A stretch of DNA of 64,000 bases. Origin: Flavobacteriales bacterium (GTDB lineage Bacteria; Bacteroidota; Bacteroidia; NS11-12g; UBA955). Positions within the stretch are counted from its first letter, which is position 1; the number at the start of each line of letters is the position of its first letter. The position numbers and the translations under genes are program-made. The notes under the pieces are model-generated. The model searched no databases. It was not told the DNA's origin and was given only the letters and a program-made list of their open reading frames with translations. This document shows, piece by piece, positions 1 through 7,093 of this stretch. The stretch is taken from positions 22,838 through 86,837 of the forward strand of contig CANHQZ010000004.1 in NCBI GenBank assembly GCA_947463125.1. The letters run 5' to 3'.

Positions 1-1565
1 CGAATACAGTCACCGTTCCTGCTGATGTAGGACCCCAGGTTAAAGGAGAACCTGTTCCGATAGAGGTTCCGCCACAAGATCCGGTGTACCACTTCCAGCT
101 GGCTGCATGTCCGAGGTTTCCACCATTAAAACTAAGGTTTATCGTTTGACCCAGACAGATGGTTGTAGCGCTTGCTAAAACTGATATTGGGCTTGTGCTG
201 GTATCCCTTACGGTTAATGTGAAACTACGGCAAATTGTATTGTTGCAGTTACCCTCAGCCCTTGCGTAATAGGTATAAGTGCCTGCCACCGTTGGCGAAG
301 CTGCATAGCTGTTACCTGTAGCAATAGGCGTACCGCCGCAATTACCTAAATACCATTTCCAGCTTCCACCTGCACCCAACTTACCGCCGCTGACTGACAA
401 AGTGCTTGTTTCGCCACGACATATGGTGCTTGTTCCGTTAATAGTATTTGCAGGTACAGAAGTATCACTAATCACAAAAGTTTTGCTAACGCAACTCGTC
501 ATATTACAGCCATTGATACCACGAACAAACACGGTATGGCTTCCAAGGCCCAGTGTCGATGTGCTAACTACCAGGGAGTCTCCAGAACCCATACCAGACT
601 GGAAGGGATTTCCATAACAAGCAACGCGCGTCCAAATCCAGGATGCACCGCTGCTCAATAATCCACCAACAGGTTTGAATACCAGAGGTGCACTGCGCTC
701 ACATACAGAAGTAGGACCCGATATTGACAATGGCGTCTTGCTAGAATCCGAAACCGTTAATGTATAAACAACACATGGGGTTACATTACATGTACCTTCG
801 GCCCGGCAGTAATATGTGTATGTTCCAACTGACGATGGACTTACAGTTAAGGTTGCTCCGCTACCTATGAGGGTTCCTCCGCAAGATCCACTGTACCATT
901 TCCACTGTGCACCATGACCCAATCTGCCTCCATTTGCACTAAAAGTTTTGGATGTACCCAAACAAATAGTAGAGGGCGTAGGACTTAGAGGCTTGATGCT
1001 GGAGTCTCGAATAACCACCGCTTTTATTGCACATGAGGTGGAATTACAAAGGCCTTCCGCCTTCAAATGATAATAACTAATACCCGGGTTCATTTGTGTG
1101 AAGATAGAATCTCCTGTGCCCTCCCATGGAACGCCCGGTCCACCACAAGCTACCCTATACCATTGCCAGGTGGCACCTGTTCCCAAAGTACCTCCTACTC
1201 TTTTTAATTTGAAAGTAACATTTTGGCAAATACTATCAACACCTGTTATCGATGTCGCAGCCACACTGGAATCTCCCACAACTATATTTATTGTAACGCA
1301 AGAAGTACTTCCACAAGCATCGGTTGCTCTTGCAAAATAGCTTGTGGTTGAAATGGGCGAAACATTGATGGAAGTGCCTGTGCCAAGAAAAGTACCTGTG
1401 CCGCAAACATCTTTGTACCATTGGAAGTTGCCGCCGTTTGGCAAGCTACCTCCATTCAAAGTCAGTGTGGCCGTATTCCCTGGTTTGAGGCAGCCGGGAA
1501 CAGAGGAAGTGATACCGGTAGGAGCCACAGCACAAGGTGTAACGGTGTAGCTGTAATTTGCTGCA
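1..1565 (-). repeat. Six in-frame tandem coding repeats, period about 257-279 bp (~88 aa)
   Basis: The W-x-W-Y codons of successive units sit near plus coordinates 84, 350, 629, 893, 1157 and 1414. The better-conserved units also keep C-G-G, GTYTYY, RAEG-x-CN and a closing Cys. Confidence 0.8.
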
Positions 1566-2350
1566 CTGTTATTATTGATATTCAGCGTGAGCATATTATA
1601 AGCCCCTTGTCCGTATGTGCTCGCCTGAGAAGTTAACTGAGAAAAAGTGCGGTTCGAGGAAAACACATAATAGAAAATAGTGGAACCATTTGCCTGGGGC
1701 GGGATTTTGGCAGTGCCTGATGTACCCGTCATAGTTACAGGAACCACAGTTGAAGTGGTAAAAGAGCTATTGGTACTATACCTTAAATAAACAAATTCAC
1801 CCGCGGACAATGCCGCTGATGTGTTAGCGGTTACAACAACCGAATCTATGCTGCGCGGACTTAAGGGCAACCTTGACACAGAAGTTATGGAAACTGGATT
1901 GTAAGAAGTTTCCAGAATTGCCATGTCTTCATTTATCACGTTCGTTGGCGTTGACTTTTCGGTAATGTTGAAAGTGTAATAACTTCCTCCCGTCACAGCC
2001 GGCATTCGAGCATAACAACCGCTCGTGATTACTTCAGCAAACTGATATGTTTTGGGGCTGGATGGAACAATTACCTGGTTGAGACCCGGTATGGTCAAAG
2101 GAGTACAGCCATTGTCCGCCCAGCTTCCGGGTGACCCCCAAAAATTCCAGAGGTTTCCTGTTGCCCACGAAGTGGGCGCCTGATGTCTGTACTGCCTGAA
2201 CTGCCCTAAATCATTTAGGTTAACGTTGTAGGTCCAAACATTACTTATTCTGACTGTGATTTGGTTGGGCTGCGCAATTGCTGTGTTCGTGAGAAGGATA
2301 AGTGCTATTGCAATAGCAAATTTCTTCAATGATTTGTAAACGTTTTTCAT
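1..2350 (-). CDS. Secreted cell-surface repeat protein, N-terminal 783 codons only (continues past the left edge)
   Basis: Not in the ORF track because no stop lies inside the window. My own translation from the ATG at 2348-2350 (minus) gives MKNVYKSLKKFAIAIALILLTNTAIAQ... (signal peptide) and stays stop-free down to position 1. The distal two thirds are tandem Cys-rich ~88-aa units. The listed plus-strand ORFs in 402-1636 are shadows of this frame. Confidence 0.8.
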   Translation of the reverse strand, partial: MKNVYKSLKKFAIAIALILLTNTAIAQPNQITVRISNVWTYNVNLNDLGQFRQYRHQAPTSWATGNLWNFWGSPGSWADNGCTPLTIPGLNQVIVPSSPKTYQFAEVITSGCYARMPAVTGGSYYTFNITEKSTPTNVINEDMAILETSYNPVSITSVSRLPLSPRSIDSVVVTANTSAALSAGEFVYLRYSTNSSFTTSTVVPVTMTGTSGTAKIPPQANGSTIFYYVFSSNRTFSQLTSQASTYGQGAYNMLTLNINNNSAANYSYTVTPCAVAPTGITSSVPGCLKPGNTATLTLNGGSLPNGGNFQWYKDVCGTGTFLGTGTSINVSPISTTSYFARATDACGSTSCVTINIVVGDSSVAATSITGVDSICQNVTFKLKRVGGTLGTGATWQWYRVACGGPGVPWEGTGDSIFTQMNPGISYYHLKAEGLCNSTSCAIKAVVIRDSSIKPLSPTPSTICLGTSKTFSANGGRLGHGAQWKWYSGSCGGTLIGSGATLTVSPSSVGTYTYYCRAEGTCNVTPCVVYTLTVSDSSKTPLSISGPTSVCERSAPLVFKPVGGLLSSGASWIWTRVACYGNPFQSGMGSGDSLVVSTSTLGLGSHTVFVRGINGCNMTSCVSKTFVISDTSVPANTINGTSTICRGETSTLSVSGGKLGAGGSWKWYLGNCGGTPIATGNSYAASPTVAGTYTYYARAEGNCNNTICRSFTLTVRDTSTSPISVLASATTICLGQTINLSFNGGNLGHAASWKWYTGSCGGTSIGTGSPLTWGPTSAGTVTVF

Positions 2351-2609
2351 CTAATGAAAGTCAATTTGGGTGTAAAAATGACTCAAATTTTCTAAAAAAC
2401 CAAATTTTGTGCGATAAATGTTGTATGTAAATGAGTTAAAAGCATGATTTTGAGCATGCGAAAGACACAATATATTTCATAATAAATATTTTTACATAAG
2501 TATTATATTACTTTGTTATTTTTAATTTAATACAATTTATTTTGGGTATTCATAAAAACGCAGAATCCCCTCAGGGCCAATTTTTCGTGGATATAATATA
2601 ATTTTATTG

Positions 2610-2993
2610 TTACATTATTTTTGCTAAAAATAACAGACAATCCGACTTGAGCTCTTTGAATATTTTTTGAAAGACATACAGGCTGTCTTTCAGCCTAAAA
2701 TTCTCTTCTACAGTTCTGTGCTCAACAGCTACATTGTTCTCTTTGACATTTTCAGTGATACGCAATTCATCCTCATGAATATCTTGACGTAACTGATCAA
2801 TTACTTCCTTTTGGCGTCTAAACTGATTCTGAAAATGCTCTACCTGTGCCATAAATTCTTTTCCGGTATTGGCTTTGGCGATTTCCTGCAAGCGGATTTC
2901 AAACGATAGTATTTCGTCCTTGGTTAAATCCAGCATTGAATTCCAATTTGCATGCAAGTGATGCAGCTCTTTTATATGTATATTTTTTGACAT
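2610..2993 (-). CDS. Hypothetical 127-aa protein, probably helical or coiled-coil, last gene of the isc cluster
   Basis: ATG-started ORF on the same strand, 62 nt downstream of iscA. The sequence is charged and heptad-like (EILSFEIRLQEIAKA, QKEVIDQLRQDIHEDELRI). No family recognised. Confidence 0.55.
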   Translation of the reverse strand: MSKNIHIKELHHLHANWNSMLDLTKDEILSFEIRLQEIAKANTGKEFMAQVEHFQNQFRRQKEVIDQLRQDIHEDELRITENVKENNVAVEHRTVEENFRLKDSLYVFQKIFKELKSDCLLFLAKIM

Positions 2994-3055
2994 AGCAGAA
3001 CAAAGCTATGCCGACAAACAGAATTATAAAGTGACTTGGGTCGCCTTTCGGTTCT

Positions 3056-3403
3056 TTAAACCGCGAAACTCTCTCCGCATCCGCAGGTGCGGGAAGCATT
3101 GGGATTGATAAAATTGAATCCTTTGCCGTTCAAACCATCGCTGAAATCGAGCTCTGTGCCGCAGAGGTACAGAAAGCTCTTCATATCGCAAACCACCTTC
3201 AGATTTTCATCGCCAAAAACCATGTCACCAGGCTGGGATTCGTTATCAAAATCCAGCTGGTATGTTAAGCCTGAACAGCCGCCGCCTTTTACACCCACCC
3301 GCACAAAATAATCAGGTGCACTGATGCCTGCTTGGTGCATGAGTGCGTGAACCTTGCCTCGGGCCTTGTCGGTGATGGTGATATCGCCGGTATCGGTGAG
3401 CAT
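3056..3403 (-). CDS. iscA: Iron-sulfur cluster insertion protein, HesB/IscA/ErpA family
   Basis: 115 aa with GGCSGLTYQLDFD and the C-terminal CGCGESF motif typical of A-type carriers. It lies directly downstream of iscU. Confidence 0.9.
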   Translation of the reverse strand: MLTDTGDITITDKARGKVHALMHQAGISAPDYFVRVGVKGGGCSGLTYQLDFDNESQPGDMVFGDENLKVVCDMKSFLYLCGTELDFSDGLNGKGFNFINPNASRTCGCGESFAV

Positions 3404-3408
3404 AAAGC

Positions 3409-3825
3409 TTAGTGGTGGGATTTTTCTTCAGCAATGGGTTCTAAGCCCTGCTTAACACGATAGTCGTTGATGGCAGCACGGATAGCGTCTTCGGCCAGCA
3501 CAGAGCAATGGATCTTAACAGGAGGCAAAGCCAGTTCTTCCACAATGTCCATGTTGTCTATAGTTAACGCCTGGTCCACAGATTTTCCCTTCAGCCACTC
3601 GGTAGCAAGCGATGAGGATGCAATGGCAGAACCACAGCCAAAGGTTTTGAAACGGGCATCTTCAATCACGCCGGTCTCGGGATTTACCTGAATCTGCAAA
3701 CGCATAACGTCTCCGCACTCGGGTGCTCCTACCAAACCTGTACCCACGTTTGGACTGCCTTTATCGAGCGTACCCACATTGCGGGGATTGCTGTAGTGAT
3801 CGATTACTTTTTCGCTGTATGCCAT
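3409..3825 (-). CDS. iscU: Fe-S cluster assembly scaffold IscU
   Basis: 138 aa: MAYSEKVIDHYSNPRNVG..., GAPECGDVM, FKTFGCGSAIASSS, LPPVKIHCSVLAEDA. All three conserved Cys motifs are present. Confidence 0.95.
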   Translation of the reverse strand: MAYSEKVIDHYSNPRNVGTLDKGSPNVGTGLVGAPECGDVMRLQIQVNPETGVIEDARFKTFGCGSAIASSSLATEWLKGKSVDQALTIDNMDIVEELALPPVKIHCSVLAEDAIRAAINDYRVKQGLEPIAEEKSHH

Positions 3826-3888
3826 ATCATTTAATTTAAATGGTTTTCAATACAAAGTTATATATTATTTAGAATCTTTCCAAACAGA

Positions 3889-5100
3889 TTAATGCTCTGT
3901 CCATTGCACAGATTTGAGGTCAATCCCCTCTTTGAACATTTCCCAAAGCGGGCTCATGTCGCGAAGACGGTTTACCGCATCGGTTACGCATTTGATGGTA
4001 AAATCAATCTCTTCATCTGTCGTGAAGCGGCTAAGGCCGAAACGCAGTGAACTGTGAGCCAGTTCGTCATCCAGACCCAGGCTTTTCAGCACGTAGCTGG
4101 GCTCCAAAGATGCCGATGTGCAGGCAGATCCGGAAGAAACGGCTATATCTTTTATCGCCATCATCAGTCCTTCACCTTCCACATATTTAAAGCTGATATT
4201 GGTAGTATGGGGCAGGCGATGCTCTTTGGAACCATTCAGGTAGGATTCTTCGAGGGTAAGCAGTTCGTTTTCCAGCCTGTCTCGCATTTTGATGATTCTC
4301 TCGGTATCGGACTGCATATCAAGACGGGCTACCTCGGCGGCTTTACCAAAACCAACAATGCCGGGCACATTGAGCGTGCCGCTGCGCATACCGCGCTCAT
4401 GGCCGCCACCATCCATCTGGGCGGTTACCTTTACCCTTGGATTTTTGCGACGCACATACAGCGCACCGATTCCTTTGGGACCATACATTTTATGAGCGGT
4501 AAAGCTCATGAGGTCAATGTTATCTGCTATTACATCCACAGGAATTTTTCCCACGGCCTGTGTGGCATCCGAATGGAAAAGCACACCATGTTTTTTGCAT
4601 ACCGCACCTATTTCGCGGATGGGCTGCAGCACACCAATTTCATTGTTTCCAAACATGATGGAAACCAGAATGGTGTCGGGGCGAATGGCTTCCTCTACTT
4701 GTGCTACTGTGAGCAGGCCGTTTTCGGCGGGATGCAGATAGGTAATTTCTGCACCTTGCTTTTCCAGGTGCTTACAGGTATCCAGAATGGCCTTGTGTTC
4801 GGTAACAGCGGTTATTATGTGTTTCCCCTTTTCTGCATACATTTCAAAAACACCTTTAAGCGCCAGGTTGTTGCTCTCAGTTGCGCCACTGGTGAAAATG
4901 ATTTCTTTTTCATTGGCACCAATTAAGGTCGCAATCTGTTCACGGGCATAATCCACAGCCTCTTCCGCTTTCCAGCCAAAAGGATGGTTGCGGCTTGCCG
5001 CATTGCCAAAATCCTCGGTGAAGAAAGGTATCATGGCTTCCAGCACACGGGGATCCACCTTCGTGGTGGCGTTGTTATCAAGATATACAGGGAGTTTCAT
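3889..5100 (-). CDS. iscS: Cysteine desulfurase IscS (PLP-dependent)
   Basis: [23 protein letters not shown]..., [16 protein letters not shown] (PLP Lys) and SSGSACTS (active-site Cys loop). Start moved to the ATG at 5100 because a TACTTTTG promoter box lies inside the longer track ORF (to 5169). Confidence 0.92.
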   Translation of the reverse strand: MKLPVYLDNNATTKVDPRVLEAMIPFFTEDFGNAASRNHPFGWKAEEAVDYAREQIATLIGANEKEIIFTSGATESNNLALKGVFEMYAEKGKHIITAVTEHKAILDTCKHLEKQGAEITYLHPAENGLLTVAQVEEAIRPDTILVSIMFGNNEIGVLQPIREIGAVCKKHGVLFHSDATQAVGKIPVDVIADNIDLMSFTAHKMYGPKGIGALYVRRKNPRVKVTAQMDGGGHERGMRSGTLNVPGIVGFGKAAEVARLDMQSDTERIIKMRDRLENELLTLEESYLNGSKEHRLPHTTNISFKYVEGEGLMMAIKDIAVSSGSACTSASLEPSYVLKSLGLDDELAHSSLRFGLSRFTTDEEIDFTIKCVTDAVNRLRDMSPLWEMFKEGIDLKSVQWTEH

Positions 5101-5127
5101 GTTCTTATTTAGACAGATTCTAATTTG

Positions 5128-5135
5128 CAAAAGTA
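5128..5135 (-). promoter_or_regulatory. Bacteroidota -7 promoter box TACTTTTG for the isc cluster
   Basis: Exact match to the TAnnTTTG consensus, 27 nt upstream of the iscS ATG. Confidence 0.5.
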
Positions 5136-5208
5136 ACACCATTCGGGCCAATTCTGTTTGAGCTGGCATGAATTTTTTCGATGGTTTGCAATTGCTTTAC
5201 TTTGCTGT

Positions 5209-5610
5209 ATGAAACAGGTAGAACACATTGGCATCGCAGTAAAAGATTTGGAGACTTCGATTGCCCTGTATACAAGTCTTCTGGGTAAACCACCCTATAA
5301 AAGGGAAGAAGTGGAAAGTGAAGGGGTTATCACGGTGTTTTTTGATGCTGGCAACACAAAAATTGAATTGCTGGGTGCAACAAGAGAAGACAGCCCTATT
5401 GCGAAGTTCATCGAGAAGCGCGGTGAAGGAATCCATCACATCGCTTTCGCCGTGGAAAATATTAGGGAAAATATACAAGCTAAAAGTGATGCAGGATTTG
5501 AATTAATCAATTCAGAACCTAAGGAAGGAGCCGACAATAAATTAATTGCTTTTTTACATCCTAAAAGTACCGGCAATGTGCTGGTAGAAATGTGTGAGGA
5601 AAAGGGGTAG
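5209..5610 (+). CDS. mce: Methylmalonyl-CoA epimerase (VOC/glyoxalase fold)
   Basis: MKQVEHIGIAVKDLETSIALY..., KIELLGATREDSPIAKFIEKRGEGIHHIAFAV, FLHPKSTGNVLVEMCE. Start taken at the ATG at 5209 rather than the track start at 5158. Confidence 0.8.
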   Translation: MKQVEHIGIAVKDLETSIALYTSLLGKPPYKREEVESEGVITVFFDAGNTKIELLGATREDSPIAKFIEKRGEGIHHIAFAVENIRENIQAKSDAGFELINSEPKEGADNKLIAFLHPKSTGNVLVEMCEEKG

Positions 5611-5615
5611 TTGTG

Positions 5616-5663
5616 GTTTATTGGTTTAATCGTTTATTGGTATATTCGTTTAATTGTTTGATG
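5616..5663 (+). repeat. Array of six phased octamers GTTTAWTN, 5 nt after the mce stop
   Basis: Read directly: GTTTATTG GTTTAATC GTTTATTG GTATATTC GTTTAATT GTTTGATG. Confidence 0.75.
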
Positions 5664-6010
5664 ATTGTTTTTTTAATGATATAATGAAGAAATTAAGAAA
5701 TGATTAATTATTGTTTTGCAGATCCGTTTTTTTCGTTTTAATATTAAAAATCATTAAGGCATTAAAATTAAATGTAATGATTATTTCACAATCTCATATG
5801 AATATGATTTTAGATTATTTTTGTGTTACATACTAATAGTTTATAATTCAATTGTCAATTTGACTTTTTTATTGATATTTTTAATTGCTTTTTTTTTGTT
5901 CATAAAACAAAAAATACAATTGCTTTTTACGACTAAAAAAGCTGATTACTAAAGTTGTTACTATTTTAACTTTACAAACAAATTAAATGGAAACAAGAAA
6001 ATATTTATTT

Positions 6011-6042
6011 AATAAAACTAATAAACGAATAAACCATTAAAC
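6011..6042 (-). repeat. Inverted copy of the GTTTAWTN octamer array, abutting the LysE stop codon
   Basis: The reverse complement reads GTTTAATG GTTTATTC GTTTATTA GTTTTATT. 24 of 28 aligned bases match the 5616 array. Confidence 0.75.
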
Positions 6043-6665
6043 TATAGTATAGCCCGAAGCAACAAATTCAGTCCCATAATAAACATTACAATGGCAACCA
6101 CCTTATCTACTTTTTTTAACCATTTTTCTTTGATATAATTTTTTAGTAAAGATGCACCTGCGGCGATTCCCACCTCGGTGCTGAAAATGGCCAGTATGGC
6201 GAACGCGCCAAAAACGATTTTTTGCTGAATGGTGTAGTCCGATGCGGGCGGAAAACTGTATAAGCCCAGCCACCATGCGGCATTGGCAGGATTCAGGACG
6301 TTTATAATAAAGGGCTTCACATAAAAATCGCGGGCAGAGCGCAATCCTTTCACTTCATGGTTTTCTCCGGATTCCGTGCGTTTTTTCATCCACATCCATG
6401 TCCCCATCACCAGCAGCAGCAAGCTTCCCAGCAACGAAATTGTTTGCTGGTGTTTCTGTAAAAAATCGGCGATGGCAGCCGTAAAACCAATGGCAAGTGA
6501 AAGAAATATAATATCGCCGGTTATGACGCCGGAAGCGATAATGACACCCTTTTTTGTCCCGTGCTGAATGCCGGCCTGAATGAGCATAAAAAACACAACC
6601 CCCAGCAGGATGCTCATCATGAAACCAGCCAGCAGGCCATAAAGTGCAGGGGCAGCCCAGTACAA
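6042..6665 (-). CDS. LysE/RhtB family amino-acid efflux protein
   Basis: 207-aa polytopic membrane protein. N-terminal LLAGFMMSILLGVVFFMLIQAGIQHGTKKG resembles the LysE-type N-terminus. TTG start as in the track; the exact start is uncertain. Confidence 0.75.
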   Translation of the reverse strand: MYWAAPALYGLLAGFMMSILLGVVFFMLIQAGIQHGTKKGVIIASGVITGDIIFLSLAIGFTAAIADFLQKHQQTISLLGSLLLLVMGTWMWMKKRTESGENHEVKGLRSARDFYVKPFIINVLNPANAAWWLGLYSFPPASDYTIQQKIVFGAFAILAIFSTEVGIAAGASLLKNYIKEKWLKKVDKVVAIVMFIMGLNLLLRAIL

Positions 6666-6667
6666 GG

Positions 6668-7066
6668 CTAGAATGGTTTTAGGTGAAGAATTAATTCACT
6701 TTGCTTATTTCGAATCCAGAACTGCTTGCGGGTGAGCCGTTTAATCTCATATATGCTGCGATTCCCATTATCATAATCAATAACAAAGTCATTGTCGTTG
6801 GTCATTGTGCCCCAGATGCCGTTTATTTTGGATGTGTCGGTTGTTTCAATTACCGAGTAGTTGCGGGTAAATTCCATCACCAGCGATTTATATGAATTTG
6901 TGATTTCCTGCTGGTTTTTTTCTGCGTAAGCCACAACCCATTTGCCTTCTATGCGTTCTTTGCGGCTCCAAACTGAAACATAGGGGCCGTCTTTGTATTT
7001 CTTACAGGCAGATACGGTTAAAACAGCGAGGCACAGGATAGCTAAAATTCGGTTCATGGTATGCAA
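6668..7066 (-). CDS. Small lipoprotein, lipocalin-like domain suspected
   Basis: Signal peptide with lipobox LTVSAC, 132 aa. The GKWVV...EIKRLTRKQFWI pattern is typical of lipocalin-like lipoproteins. It ends 2 nt before the LysE start. Confidence 0.6.
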   Translation of the reverse strand: MHTMNRILAILCLAVLTVSACKKYKDGPYVSVWSRKERIEGKWVVAYAEKNQQEITNSYKSLVMEFTRNYSVIETTDTSKINGIWGTMTNDNDFVIDYDNGNRSIYEIKRLTRKQFWIRNKQSELILHLKPF

Positions 7067-7093
7067 AATTGCGTTGTTTTTTTGAAATATGGT

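Noticed and set aside
402-1636. Several 60-80-aa plus-strand ORFs at the left edge, the only ORFs the track lists there.
   Set aside because: The minus strand is open for 783 codons from the ATG at 2350, with a signal peptide and conserved repeats. The plus-strand ORFs are Pro/Val-rich shadows of it.
2899-3099. A 66-aa minus-strand ORF bridging iscA and the downstream hypothetical gene.
   Set aside because: It overlaps both better-supported ORFs in another frame and has no motif.
4054-4926. A 290-aa plus-strand ORF across iscS, with nested 68-aa and 77-aa ORFs.
   Set aside because: It is a codon-aligned antisense shadow of iscS.
5611-6041. Possible MITE or IS remnant, since it is AT-rich with terminal inverted repeats.
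   Set aside because: It has no transposase, no clear target-site duplication, and its ends are phased octamer arrays rather than typical TIRs. I kept it as a repeat finding and did not call it a mobile element.
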